Source: Octopus vulgaris
Taxonomy: Eukaryota
Assembly: GCA_951406725.2 (NCBI GenBank)
Contig: OX597816.1
Location: 9,734,001 to 9,798,000, forward strand
Direction of reading: 5' to 3'
Length of the DNA stretch: 64,000 nt
Both the position numbers and the translations under genes were made by a program. The notes beneath the pieces are model-generated. The model searched no databases. It saw only the letters and a program-made list of their open reading frames with translations, and was not told the DNA's origin. Below, in pieces: positions 24,643-38,364 of the stretch. Every line of letters begins with the position of its first letter. Within the stretch, counting starts at the first letter, position 1.

Positions 24643-25110
24643 TCATCATCATCATCATCGTTTAATGCCCGCTTTCCATGCTAGCATGGTTTGGATGATT
24701 TGACTGAGGTCTGGCGAACCAGAAGGCTGCACCAGACTCCAATCTGATCTGGCAGAGTTTCTACAGTTGGATGCCCTTCTTAACGCCAACCACTCCAAGA
24801 GTGTAGTGGGTGCTTTTACATGCCACCAGCACAAGGTGGTACTGGCAACAGCCACTCTCAAATGGTGATTTTTATGTGCCACCTGCACAGGAGCTAGTCC
24901 AGCGGCACTGGCAACGACCTCGCTCGGATGCTTTTGTCACGTGCCACCAGCACAAGTGCTAGTAAGGCGACGCAGGTAATGATCACACTCAAATGGTGTT
25001 TTCAATGTGCCATCAGCATGGAGGCTTGCTTGTTGCTCTGGCAACGATCTCACTTGTATGGTACTCTTAGCGCTCCATTAGCATGGATGCCAGTCATCAG
25101 ATTTGATTTC
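24643..25110 (-). mobile_element. SINE family B
   Basis: Homology, (CAT)n tail, internal GCCA..GGCACGTAAAA repeats. Confidence 0.85.
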
Positions 25111-25126
25111 AATATATATATATATA

Positions 25127-25158
<32 letters not shown>

Positions 25159-25408
25159 CATGTGTGTATGTGTATGTATGTGTATAACAATTTTTTCATA
25201 GTTGAGCAATTGCATTTTCGGAAAGCTTTGTTGTAATGAGGGAATTCCAAAATGCAAAACCTATTTTCCTAATGATTTGTATGTAACAAATTGAAATGTA
25301 TTACTGCAAAAAATGCGTTTTTAAGAAAAATAAAATAAAACTAATTCTGTAACCATGGAGGGAATTCCTGAATACAGACACTCACAAGCACAGGTGTGTG
25401 TGTGGGTG

Positions 25409-25453
<45 letters not shown>

Positions 25454-25821
25454 ATGTATAAAACCTTCTCTAGTTAACATCCTATTAAATTTACCTATTA
25501 GGAGAAATTCGTTAACTATGAAATGTAAACTTATAAAAGTTATAATTGGTCTGTGAAATAGCACCTGGTTTATAGCATAATTAAATGTTGTAGAATGTTA
25601 AAGAAATGAGGCTATGAATGGTTGTTGTTTAATTTGAGGTCAGTCCTGGTTGAACAAACTTAAATCAAAGGCATTCCAACCCTGTGACCATCATGTCTTA
25701 ATGTTACCCAGGAGTACAATAATCACTGTGTCCTAAGATAGTGAGATCTGTTTTAAGGAAATGTGGCTGCTATTTCTAATTGTCAAGTGGCCATATAATG
25801 CGACATTCTCTTGTTTGTTTA

Positions 25822-25995
25822 ACCTTTTTGATTCCAACCAGTCTGAGACTGCCTCTGTTCCTATGATGTAAACTTGCTGTTTTAAAATGATCTAAATTAA
25901 GACCTTCCTTCAAAATTCCATGCTGTTCTTCATTATTTTGAAAATTAATTGAAACTAAAGCTGTTTATTTCAGCAGAAATATGGTAACAAAAGGG
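25822..25995. mobile_element. piggyBac-like MITE
   Basis: TTAACCTTTTTGAT ... AACAAAAGGGTTAA. Confidence 0.7.
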
Positions 25996-26580
25996 TTAAC
26001 ACTTATGAATTTTATAAAGCAACACATTTATTTCTCTTTTGTCTATTTACACACTTTGCTGTTTCACATACAAGGATATAATTTTATTTTTGAAATCAAT
26101 TCTTGCTTATTATCAAGGTTAAATATTAAAATTGTATGTATTTTGTGAAATTTTGTCTTATCTCTACAATTTAATAATCTTTCAAAGAAAAAACAGTTTC
26201 TTGTTATATTTGTGCAGCAGTGCTGCAAGCTCAGATCAAACTGTAAGAAACAGCTGTATTGAAATTTTAAAATTGTTTAATAATATATAAAGTCCTTCGT
26301 GTATTACTTACGTAGCACATGACTGCTTTATGCACATGTCTGTAGTAACAAAGTTATTTTACATATTTAAGAAAACTGATACATCTCATCTGTTTGTATT
26401 TCACTTCTTTCCTTTCCATCCATCCATACATTGCTTGCAGTTAAGCTGGCATTCCAACCTTGTTGGTTTGGGTTCAGTCCACAGCAAGACACCTTGGGCA
26501 AATACTTTATACTTTATCCTAGGCTTACCAAAGCCTTGAGAATGGATTTGGTAGACAAAAATTTAAAGAAGCTCATTGAA

Positions 26581-26700
26581 TCATCATCATCATCATCATC
26601 ATCATCGTCATTGTTGTCGTCATCATCATCATCATCATCATCATCATCGTCATTGTTGTCGTCATCATCATCACCATCACAATCACTATCATTATCATCA
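26581..26700. repeat. (CAT)n / (CGT) compound microsatellite
   Basis: Direct reading. Confidence 0.9.
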
Positions 26701-27054
26701 TTTAACCTTCTAGTATTTAAACTGGCCGTACCCAACTCAATTATTCCACCTGTTTTACATTCAAACTGGCCAGATCTGGTCTCTTACACCTATCCAACAA
26801 CGACGTTCTAATCACACTGAAATCTTAAAATTGTGAGATAATACATGATTAATTCAAAACAATGTGAACTGAACCCAGAACCATGTGGTTATGGAACAGA
26901 CTTCTTACCACACAGACTTCTTACACCCACGTCTGTACGCCTACTTTTTGTGTGTGTGCCTTATGTCTTATTTTCCAATCATTCTATAAAAATTAGATTT
27001 AAAATATATGAAGATACCATCTATGCATGGTTTTGTTCATTTATTAAACCAAAA

Positions 27055-27127
<73 letters not shown>

Positions 27128-27417
27128 TATTGAATTTGAATTGGCTTGGATCTATTTGCATTCATTTCAATCCAATGACTATTTAATATCATATTTCATA
27201 ACATATGGTATTATATTGGAATTACAACATAGATGAGGCTGAAGAATTTAAGCTCTGATTCATTTGTTTTCTAAACTCTATCTTTCTAATAATAGTTTTA
27301 TCTTAGTAAAAGTTGATTAAATTTTATCCCTCGTTGTTGTTGTTACAATGAAAGATATCTAAATTGTTTGAACATAAGGTTATGATAGCGAATAGGGACA
27401 GAGTATTGGGTATATAC

Positions 27418-27564
27418 TAGAGATAAAACCACTATTATGCAACTCAAACAGTGATAGACATAAACCAATACATAATATATATATATATATATATATTATT
27501 TGTTATTTATGTATTGGTTTATGTCTATCACTGTTTGAATTGCATAATAGTGGTTTTATCTCTA
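27418..27564. repeat. 58-bp near-perfect inverted repeat around a (TA)n loop (Penelope-like architecture)
   Basis: Arms 27418-27475 and 27507-27564, one mismatch. Confidence 0.9.
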
Positions 27565-30523
27565 ATTCATATTTTATATATTTATACTGTGAAATTTGAT
27601 TTAATACTAAATTGAATTTTTCCCTGTAAGTTTGGAGTTATACTCCCTAATATTATATATATATATCCACAGCTATTTTTCATTTTCTTACTCTTTGACT
27701 TGTTTCAGTCAGTGGGTTGTGGTTATGCAATACACAACTATCATCTTCCTATATGACTGGTTTCATCATATGCCTATTCTCATTTTTTTTTTAAATATGA
27801 TTTTCATTCCTTTATATTCACATCATAAAATTAAAGTTTCTTAAAAAAAAAAAATCAATGACAATACAAGTTGCTATCAAATACATAATTGTCATGAACC
27901 TAAAAATAACATTCCATTTTCCTTTTATTATTCAACCTTAACTATTCTTATTATCATATTTCTGTTGAAATGTACCGTCTTTATTTCATTTAATTTGGAA
28001 AAAAAATAATAAAGAATTTTGAACTTTGTCATTATTAAAACTGGAGTTTGCAACATAAATTGATATAAATTTTGAAGGAAGGTTTTTAAACAAGGAAGTT
28101 GTATCACACAAGTAGGGGAGGTCACAGGCAGATTGGCATCAAGAATTAAACATTCACTCTTAAATTTATCATGCTGCAATCAGTGATGACACCTCAGTAT
28201 TACTGTCCTGTAATCTTTTTTTCTTTTTTTTACATTAAATAGATGTTATTATTTATTCAACTCTAAAGTGTGGTAGATGTCAAAATCGATACTGTGCACC
28301 TACATTAATTAACTCATGAATTAGAGATAATTAAATTTTTACTGTTGCTAGTTATTTCAGAGCTTCGTTAATTCTGTATGAAAACTATACATTTCTAATT
28401 TTTGCTTTGAAATATTTTCAGAATTATATATTCTGCAGCAGTGTTTTGAAACCTTTCTTCCACTCCCCTCACCCAACATTTGGAAATTTATTACCAACTT
28501 TAGCTTATGTAATTAAAGATGGTAGCTGTAATTTAAAAAAAAAAAAATCTATTACTAACTATAAAGTACCTCTTGTGAACCACTACTCTGCAGACAACAT
28601 ACTGCCAAGACAATTTTTACCATCATCTTCATTGTTTTAATATTCATATTTTTATGCTTGTATGGTTCAGGTTAAATTGGTTGCGGCAAAAATTTTCTCT
28701 GATTCGAATAATTTCAGTCACCAACCCCCTATCTAATAACACACAACTTAATGTTTTCTCCTAGTCTTTTGAACATGAATAGTGCAATGGCTAGACGTGG
28801 TTGCATGGTAAATTGTAAATGAATGATGTTGCTCATATAATAGTGACAACCATTTGCAGCTGAAACACAATGTCAATACAAACAGACATGAAAATGCACA
28901 ATCTCAGACAAATGACTGGTTTCTTTTAGTTTCTGTTTACCAAATCCACTCACAAGGCTTTGATTTACTACAGTAAATGACACTTGCTCAAGGTACCATG
29001 TTGTGAGACTGAATACAAAAACCATGTGATTGTGAAACAACATTCTTACCCACATAGCCATGCCTGTGTCTACCAGATTTTGCATACTCTCTGTCCAAGA
29101 ATTTGGACCTGGAGATCTCCATTTCCAGTGACTTTGAGGGCCACCTCCCAGTGGTATCGGGCATCAACAAAGAGCCCTCAACTACAAGACGACCAAAGGC
29201 TTTTTTTTTTCCAAGGTTCGGGGTCTCCTGCCCCTAAGCCCTAGACCATCACCTAATCACCCTTACCTGTTTTGTTGCTTAACAACAACTACTCTCTGTC
29301 CTGAAGATTTTAGTGAAAATTTATGTTAGAGTAATTCTAAACACTCATATTCTTAGATGTAATTTATTTTTTAAAAAAATTATTTTGCTAGGTACGCATG
29401 AAAGATATTTAAATAATGCTTATTTTTGAAAATTTATAACTAGATGTATGTCTTCTGTATTAGTAACCAATCAAACCAGATAATTTGGTTATTACTCTTA
29501 ATATGATATGGTCTCTATTTTGACTTAAGAGTTACCAGCCCCCTTCTTAACTCATCAGATACTAAGGCAGAGCCTGATATTACTAATGGGAAGATGAAGG
29601 AAAGTGTATATGTGTTTCTGATATGTGTTTCTGTGATCCTATATAATATATAATAAAATTATTGTATACAGTGCTCAAGTGCACCACAACTTGTCACAAA
29701 GGGCGTATAAAGCATATTGTATAAAGCATCATGTATTTGTGTGCTTCCATGTAAGTGTGTGTGTGTGTGTATTTATACATGTGTTGTACACAGATTGCCT
29801 TGTATGTTTGAAATGCTCAAAACGGCAAAAGCATTTGCATGAAAACTTCCTGCCATCAAGTCAGTGTTAATCTGCATATTTTAAAAAGATTTTCCATATA
29901 ATTAATTTTTAATTTAAATCTTTTTTTTTTTTTTTTAATACACACACACACGCTGTTTATTCTCTCATTAAGCTTGTTTTCAGTCGTGCAATTGCACACA
30001 TGTGTGTATTTCTGTATATATCTTACATTAACAGAGAAGTAATTATTGGAATGCATCTGAGTTAAACAAGTAAACACAAAAATATATGCATGTTGTGTCC
30101 TTGACAGGAAGAAAGCAGGGATAGAAATAGGTCAGAAAGGATTATGAAGAGCTAAGGATGGAAGATGCTGTAGCAAAAAGCTGATTAGAAGCGCAAGAAA
30201 AAAGGTGCTCGAAAGAAAGAATTTAAAGAATGAAGTAGAAAGATTCAAATCAGTTGCAGCATAGAAGTGGAAGTCTAAAATTACATTAGTTAATGACCTT
30301 TTAAAAATATTCTTTATCTGAAGACTGAGAATTCAGGTAAAATAAAGCCTGCGAGAAGGAAAGAACATCAAAAACAATGAAGACAAAAAGCAGAAAATGG
30401 TAAATCTGTGAAAGGAATTTAAGATTGGCATGTGTTATTTTTATATAACAATGTTGGTCTGCAATTTGAAGTACTAAATTACAGAAGAGATCTCCTCCAA
30501 ATGACTAATTGATTAAATGACTA

Positions 30524-30526
<3 letters not shown>

Positions 30527-30556
<30 letters not shown>

Positions 30557-30935
30557 ACGTGCGCATGGCTGTGTGGTCAAGAAGCTTATTTCCCAACCAT
30601 GTGGTCTAGGGTTCAATCCCACTGCGTGTCATATTGGGTTTCTTTTAATACAGGCTGGGTAAAGACGTGTGTGTGTGTGTGTGTGTGTGTGCGCGTGTGC
30701 ATGGCTGTGTGGTTAAGAAGATTATTTCCCAACCATGTGATCTAGGGTTCAATCCCACTGCATGTCATTTTGGGTTTCTTTTAATACAGGCTGGGTAAAG
30801 ACGTGTGTGTGTGTGTGTGTGTTTGTGCGCGTGTGCATGGCTGTGTGGTTAAGAAGCTTATTTCCCAACCATGTGGTCTAGGGTTCAATCCCACTGCGTG
30901 TCATATTGGGTTTCTTTTAATACAGGCTGGGTAAA

Positions 30936-30973
<38 letters not shown>

Positions 30974-31084
30974 TGTGTGTGCATGGCTGTGTGGTTAAGA
31001 AGCTTATTTCTCAACCATGTGGTCTAGGGTTCAATCCCACTGCATGTCATTTTGGGTTTCTTTTAATACAGGCTGGGTAAAGAC

Positions 31085-31115
<31 letters not shown>

Positions 31116-31472
31116 TGTGTGTGCATGGCTGTGTGGTTAAGAAGATTATTTCCCAACCATGTGGTCTAGGGTTCAGTCCCACTGCATGTCATTTTGGGTT
31201 TCTTTTAATACAGGCTGGGTAAAGACATGTGTGTGTGTGTGTGTGTATACCCTTGTCTTGGCATCATGATGATTTTAAATGAGTGTCACTGTCACACAAG
31301 CAACATTGTTATCAGTCTTCCAAAGAAAACATGTTAGCCATGGGGCAGTATGATCTTGTAAACAGGTGAGGGTTCATAATAGAAAGCCTATCTGCATGTA
31401 GAAAATCTGCCTTAATAAATTCCATCTGACTCAGACTAGCATAGGAAAAGTGCATATTAAACGATGATGATG
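30527..31472 (+). mobile_element. Family F SINE with its head module amplified five times, separated by (GT)n
   Basis: Units start at about 30563, 30698, 30835, 30981 and 31123. Single RTE-type tail at 31250-31472. Confidence 0.85.
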
Positions 31473-32229
31473 AATATCATTCTATGTTTATACTGAATAA
31501 GGGAGTGGAAAACACTGAAGTTATCTTGACTTTCTCGATGTGTAATTTATATAAGATGCATGTGATGTTGCTTATGGCTATTCTAGATTATTGAATTGCA
31601 GAAGGATAATCCAGTATTTTGATCCTTATTATAATCCCATATCAATTTTTAAGCACTTCCTAAAACAGATGATCTTTTTTATTTCTTAACAAAAATAAAG
31701 CATGAATGTATAACGTGTGATTAAAAATATACTCTAAGTTGCTGGATGAACGTAATATTTGGAAGACGCTTATGGAACAGCTTTCTTCTAAAGAATTTAG
31801 TCAAACTTGTGTATTTTCTTCAACTCGTTTTGCAGAAGACAGTCTCCTGGATGCATGCAGATATATCATCACTTTCCAAACCAGATAATACTTGCCCATC
31901 ACCAGCCATGTTCTCACAGAATACTGGTTGCATAAGTGTCATTCATTTACAACTACCATGTGATATCAAGACAAGGAGACACATACACATGCATGCACAC
32001 ACACACACACATACGTGCGCGTGCACATGCACACACACAAGACGAGATTGTTTCAGTTGACATCTACTAAACCCACTCACAAGGCTTTGGTTAAACTGGG
32101 ACCGTAGTAAATGACACTTGCCCAAGGTCCATGCTATAGGATTGAACCTGGAACTATGTACTTGAGAAGCAAACTTCTTAATCCTACAGCCTTGCCTGTG
32201 ATATATATATATATATACATACACACAGT

Positions 32230-32612
32230 GGAGGCGCAATGGCCCAGTGGTTAGGGCAGCGGACTCGCGATCGTAGGATCGCGGTTTCAATTCCCAGACC
32301 GGGCGTTGTGAGTGTTTATTGAGCGAAAACACCTAAAAGCTCCACGAGGCTCCGGCAGGGATGGTGGTGATCCCTGCTGTACTCTTTCACCACAACTTTC
32401 TCTCACTCTTACTTCCTGTTTCTGTTGTGCCTGTATTTCAAAGGGCCGGCCTTGTCACTCTCTGTGTCACGCTGAATATCCCCGAGAACTACGTTAAGGG
32501 TGCACATGTCTGTGGAGTGCTCAGCCACTTACACGTTAATTTCACGAGCAGGCTGTTCCATTGATTCGGATCAACCGGAACCCTCGTCGTCGTAACCGAC
32601 GGAGTGCTTCCA
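32230..32612 (+). mobile_element. SINE family D head with family E tail
   Basis: GGAGGCGCAATGGCCCAGTGGTTAGG head. Tail shared with 37755-38068 and 55497-55820. Confidence 0.85.
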
Positions 32613-33185
32613 TCACATACACACACATATATACTCATACATATTTTAAGTTTGAAAATATGTGGAAAATGAATTAAATTGTGAATATGACTTGAATGCA
32701 GAGTGATTTTCCTAAAATAGTTTTTCAGAAGAAAGACATTGGATTCGTAAAATAAAGGAAATTATGAAACCAAAACAGAGACAAAAATATTTTTACTAAG
32801 TAAAATAGTTTTTTAGGAACCTGTATAGAGAAGCATTTTTGAATGTGAGGTTCAGAGATATTAAGTGTCTTTGACATCAAGTGTAGATGTAATAAAAGCT
32901 AAAGTCAATCAAATTGTGTTCAGATATTAACGGCAACATTCCTATCGAATCTGAAGAAAGTCAAGAACTGATGAAGTTGTTCAAATGTTGATTATATTAA
33001 AGTGTAACTTTCACTGTGACTAGTTTATTTGAAAAAGTTTACAGTTAGATATGAAAGACAATTCAGTTTATGTTCACCGTTGTGTGTACCAAGAGGTTGA
33101 GCTTTGTCACACTAAGTTAGAAATACTTGTAGATTCTGGAGGTATATGAGAAATATGACATACAGTGTGTACTCAAATAATTGTT

Positions 33186-33781
33186 TCTTATTTCTTTATT
33201 GCCCACAAGGGGCTAAACATAGAGGGGACAAACAAGGACAGACAAAGAGATTAAGTCGATTATATCGACCCCAGTGCGTAACGAGTACTTATTTTATCGA
33301 CCCCGAAAGGATGAAAGGCAAAGTTGTCCTCAGCAGAATTTGAATTCAGAACATAAAGACAGATGAAATACCTATTTCTTTACTACCCACAAGGGGCTAA
33401 ACAGAGAGAGGACAAACAAGAACAAACGGATTAAGTCGATTATATTGACCCCAGTGCGTAACTGGTACTTATTTTATCGACCCCGAAAGGATGAAAGGCA
33501 AAGATGACCTCAGCAGAATTTGAATTCGGAACGTAAAGACAGATGAAATACCTGTTACTTTACTACCCACAAGGGGCTAACACAGAGAGGACAAACAAGG
33601 ACAGACAAACAGATTAAGTCTATTATATTGACCCCAGTGCATAACTGGTACTTAATTTATCAACCCCAAAAGGATGAAAGGCAAAGTCGACCTCGGCGGA
33701 ATTTGAACTCATAACGTAGCGGCAGATGAAATACCACTAAGTATTTCACCTGGCATGCTGATGTTTCTACCAGCTCACCGC
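33186..33781 (-). mobile_element. SINE family C trimer (one head, three ~180-bp bodies)
   Basis: Three tandem units joined at ...AGG|TATTTCATCTG on the minus strand. Confidence 0.9.
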
Positions 33782-34442
33782 GAAGTTAATAGTTTTTGCA
33801 TGGCTGACATGTGTCTTCCATGCTGTAAAATGCTATGATGGAGGCTTTAATTTGAATATGGATTCCTTAAAATGAAAGGTTTTGTTCTGTAACACTAAAT
33901 GCATTTTCAAATAGACTGTTATTGAAAAGGTTACCTGAAAACGCACTAGACATGGTGACACTGAAGGGTTTAAAATCAAAAATGTCGAACACCAACTTGG
34001 GATCAGAGCATATAAAATTGTGTTTTGTTCTTTTTACAATATCTTGTTTCTTAACATTACTATTGTTGACTATTGACAGTTGAAAACATCTCATTATTTT
34101 ATTATTAAATATATAATTTGAAGAACTATTGGTTCTCAAACAAAATGCTTTCTATTTTAGACACTAAACAACTTGAGAAAAATTATAAGATGATTTGAAA
34201 ATATAAACAATTGGTGCCTGTAATTTGGCATTTAATTTCGATTCAAACCAATTATCAAATTAATATTAAATAAATATTAAATTTGTAGGTTTTATATTTG
34301 TTTACAAATCAAACAAGAATTAGAAAGCAAATTATTATAAAATCAAACATTACAGGAATTATTTTTCCTTTTAACAATTGTATATGTTGACTCAATTTCA
34401 TCTAGATTGGAAGTGAAGTCAATTTGATGTTTTATTCTCATA

Positions 34443-34477
<35 letters not shown>

Positions 34478-34556
34478 TGTGTGGGTGTGTAATTGATTTA
34501 ACAACTACTTTTCCATGATTGTATGGTCAGACTTTATTGAGGTGTATTTTCTGTTG

Positions 34557-34592
<36 letters not shown>

Positions 34593-34768
34593 TGACAAAA
34601 ACCATGTGTAATAACAAAAGAGGTAGACCTCAATATCATTGGAAATAGAGGACTATATTTATTGAATGATACAGTAACAGAGACTCATATACAGGGTTTC
34701 AAGTTTCTGTGTCAATGATACACTGATCACCACAACTCTTCAGCTATTGTAAGACCAGTGCCTGTTAC

Positions 34769-35055
34769 ATCATCATCATTCCTTAACGTTTAACATCCGT
34801 TTTCCGCGCTAGTACGTGTTGGACGGTTCGACCGGGGTCTGGGAAGCCAGGGGCTGCACCAGGCTCCAGTCTGATCTGGCAGAGTTTCTACAGCTGGATG
34901 CCCTTCCTAATGCCAACCACTCCACGAGTGTAGTGGGTACTTTTTACGTGCCACCTGCACAGGTGCCAGGGGGGTCCGGCATGGCCACGATCGGTTGGAG
35001 CTTTTAACTTGCCACTGGCACGGGAGCCAGCCAAGGCGGCGCTGGCAACGGCCAA
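34769..35055 (-). mobile_element. SINE family B
   Basis: Homology to other copies. Confidence 0.85.
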
Positions 35056-36210
35056 ACATGAAAAAACACTGCACTGCCAGTGAGAAGATTTCTTCATGTT
35101 TGTAAAGGGTGGTGATCATTACATAGTTGTATAGTTGACAGAGAAACTTGAAGTCCTGTCTGTAAGTTTATATAGTCTGATCCCTATGTCGTTTCACCAT
35201 TGTGGTTATTTACAACCTCTCCAATGGCTGTTTCAAGTGCAATTGGATGCTGAATCACAACAGGTTATTAGGGGAACACTTTATTGCAGTGTTACAGAGA
35301 TCAGATGTCTCACAAAAGTAGAAACAGACTGGATGAGGATACTCTATATGGAACTCTAAACTCACTAGTTGCATTCATACTGTTAACTGTAGTCATAAGA
35401 TATACTATAGTCACAAGTGTGGCTGTGTGGTAAGAAGCTTGCTTCCCAACCACACGGTTCTGGGTTCAGTCCCACTGCATGGAAACTTGGGCATATGTCT
35501 TCTACTATAGCCTTGGGCTGACCAAAGCCTTATGAGTGGATTTAGTAGACGAAAACTGATAGAAGCCTGGCTATTCACATTTCAGAAGAGAGAATGGTGG
35601 ATGATCAAGGTGGAGCTGGGAAGAGAGAAAAGTATTGGGTATAAGGTGTTTATATGGGCCTTCAAGGTATGAGGTTAGTAGAGATTGCAAGAGTATATGA
35701 GAGAGTGGGATGTATACATATGTATGTATATGAGAGAGTGGGATGTATACATATGTATGTATGTAACCGACATCATTCTTTTACTACTGTTTCATGAGTA
35801 GCATGTTGTTGATTATGTAATTGATTTGTGATGTTCAAGACATGGTATTTTTAATAAAACAATATGCATGAGTAGTCAATAAAACAAAAAGCAGATAGAG
35901 AAAAAATAAATTTTTATAAACCTATAAAAATGGTGTAAAAAAAACAATGCATTAATATTACAAGTATGCATGCATATGAATAAAGAACATGTTTTCTTTA
36001 AAACCTATTATGTTACAGACATGTCTATATTCAAGTTAATTCTTTGTTTAGCTTTGGATTTGCAACAATAGCATTTCTAAATCTATTAGTTCATTAGCAT
36101 TTCCAGAGCTAATTGGTATTATTTTCAAAATGAAATGATGACCCTAAAAAAGTGCATAGGTCACAAAAGACCATGGGAATGCTATTATAACTGATAAAAT
36201 CATTGTGGCT

Positions 36211-36500
36211 ATCATCATCATCGTTTAGCGTCCGTTTTCCATGCTAGCATGGGTTGGACAGTTCTACTGGGGTCTGTGAAGCCAGAAGGCTTCATCAGGC
36301 CCAGTCAAATCTGGCAGTGTTTCTACGGCTGGATGCCCTTCCTAACGCCAACCACTCCATGAGTGTAGTGGGTGCTTTTTATGTGCCACCCGCACAGGTG
36401 CCAGACAGAGCTGGCAAATGGCCACGAACGGATGGTGCTTTTTATGTGCCACCGGCACGAGGGCCAGGCGAGGCTGGCAACGGACACGAACGGATGGTGC
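36211..36500 (-). mobile_element. SINE family B
   Basis: Homology to other copies. Confidence 0.85.
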
Positions 36501-36569
36501 TTAAAAAATTTGCTTCCCAACCACATGTTCCAGGTTCAGTCCCACTGCATAGCACTTTAGGTAAGTAGT

Positions 36570-36850
36570 GGAGGCACATGGCCTATTGGTTAGAGAAGCA
36601 GACTCGCAGGTTCGAATCTCAGACTGGGCGATGTGTGTGTTTATGAGCGAAACACCTAAGCTCCACATGGCTCTGGCAGAAGGTAATAGCGAACTTCTGC
36701 TGACTCTTTCGCCACAACTTTTTCTCATTCTTTCCTCCTGCATCTTGCAGTTCACCTGTGACGGACCAGCATCCTGTCCAGGTGGGGAACCAAGGAAACC
36801 GGGGAACTGGCCCTTATGAGCCAGGCATGGCTTGAGAAGGAACAAACAAC
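36570..36850 (+). mobile_element. SINE with family D-like head and a distinct tail, nested in a family A copy (36495-37162)
   Basis: Head homology. Tail CCTGTGACGGACCAGCATCCTGTCCAGG. Host resumes at CTTGGGTAAATGTC with an imperfect TSD. Confidence 0.8.
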
Positions 36851-37754
36851 CTTGGGTAAATGTCTTTTACTATAGTCAGGCCAACCAAAGCCTTGTGAGT
36901 GGATTTGGTAGATGGAAACTGAAAGAAGCCCGTCATATGTTTGTGTGTGTGGGGGGGGTGTATGTCTTTGTATGTATGTTTGTGTCCCCACCCATCACAT
37001 GACAACCAGTGTTGGTGTGTTTATGCCCCTGTAACTTAGTGGTTCAGCAAAAGAGGCTTAAAAAACTAAGTACTGGGGTTTCATTCAACTAAAAATTCTT
37101 CAAGGTAGTGCTTCATCAGCATGACCGCAGTCTAATGACTGAATCAAGTAAAAGATAAAAGATTTATAATTCTTGGTGGATTTCCTGATTTAATTTACGG
37201 GTTCTATATCTGTAGATTTTGCTTTTAACAATGCTACCATAGCTATTTATCTTATTTTGTAGAACTCTCTATAACACGGTTATACTGTCAACCAATGTTT
37301 TCTTTTATTTTTAGTATTTATCCTCTGTACTTAAGTTAAGTGTAATAAGTTGTGATGGCTTCTTGTTGCGATCACATGATCAACCAACAAGAAAGTGTTG
37401 TAATAGTGTGTCGAGAGTAACAGTTTGATTCATGATTTTACAACTGTCATGCTTACATTGGAAATTGTATCTTGCATTGGTTGTGTGAAGTAGGCCCTCT
37501 CAATTTACTTGTTTGAAGTTTGGTGTTGATGATGAGTTATATTTTTGTTTCTAGTGTTTTTGTAATATGTTCTGACAGATGCAGCACTCACCAAAATACA
37601 CAAATTACCCATGTTTTGCAATACTTGTGCAATACCTAGCACCAAGTGGGATTTTCACATGCTTTTGATGAAAATAGTAATGTGTTTGCACATGTATGTA
37701 AATTGTATATATGTGTGTGTATGCACACACACACATATATATACATATATATAT

Positions 37755-38068
37755 GGTGAAGGCATGTGGCTTCGTGGCTAGGGCATTTGGCTCATGATTG
37801 TAAGGTCGTGAGTTCAATTCTTGGCAATGCGTTGTGTCCTTGAGCAAGACACTTTATTTCATGTTGCTCAAGTCCACTCAGCTGGCAAACATGAGTAGTA
37901 CCTATATTTCAAAGAACCAGCCTTGTCACGCTGAATCTTCCTGAGAACTATGTTAAGCGTACATGTGTCTGTGGAGGGCTTAGCCACTTGCATGTTAATT
38001 TCATGAGCAAGCTGTTCCATTGATCATATCAGCTGGGACCCTCATTGTCGTAACCAACGGAATGCCAC
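37755..38068 (+). mobile_element. SINE family E (CORE-like GTGTCCTTGAGCAAGACACTT)
   Basis: Second copy at 55497-55820, tail fragment at 50358-50463. Confidence 0.85.
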
Positions 38069-38088
38069 GATATTTATATATATATATG

Positions 38089-38364
38089 CAGTAGTGGACT
38101 GGCCAGGTTGCTAGCTTGCCCAATAGCAAGTGGGCCCCTGCGCCATGAGAATCCATATATGGGGGCCCATGTTAGTATCTCAAGTTTGAGAATTTTTTAT
38201 TCACTCCTGGAAGAATGCATTAATTATTTCAGCCTAGCTGTGTTTGTAGACAGTTGAAAAGAATACTTTTACCAAAAAAAATAAATAAATAAATGACATT
38301 GTAGTTGTGGGTGGGCCCCCTTAATACCCTGGTAATCAATAGTTTTAGATCCAGTCTGCCACTG
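38089..38364. mobile_element. hAT-like MITE
   Basis: CAGTAGTGGACTGG ... CCAGTCTGCCACTG termini and internal GGGCCC motifs. Confidence 0.7.

Noticed and set aside
32230-32300. tRNA genes at SINE heads
   Set aside because: A/B boxes are present, but there is no complete cloverleaf and the sequence runs into SINE bodies.
36551-36566. Plus-strand TTTAG|GTAAGT recursive-like site
   Set aside because: Derived from the SINE CTTGGGCAAGT motif and lacks a pyrimidine tract.
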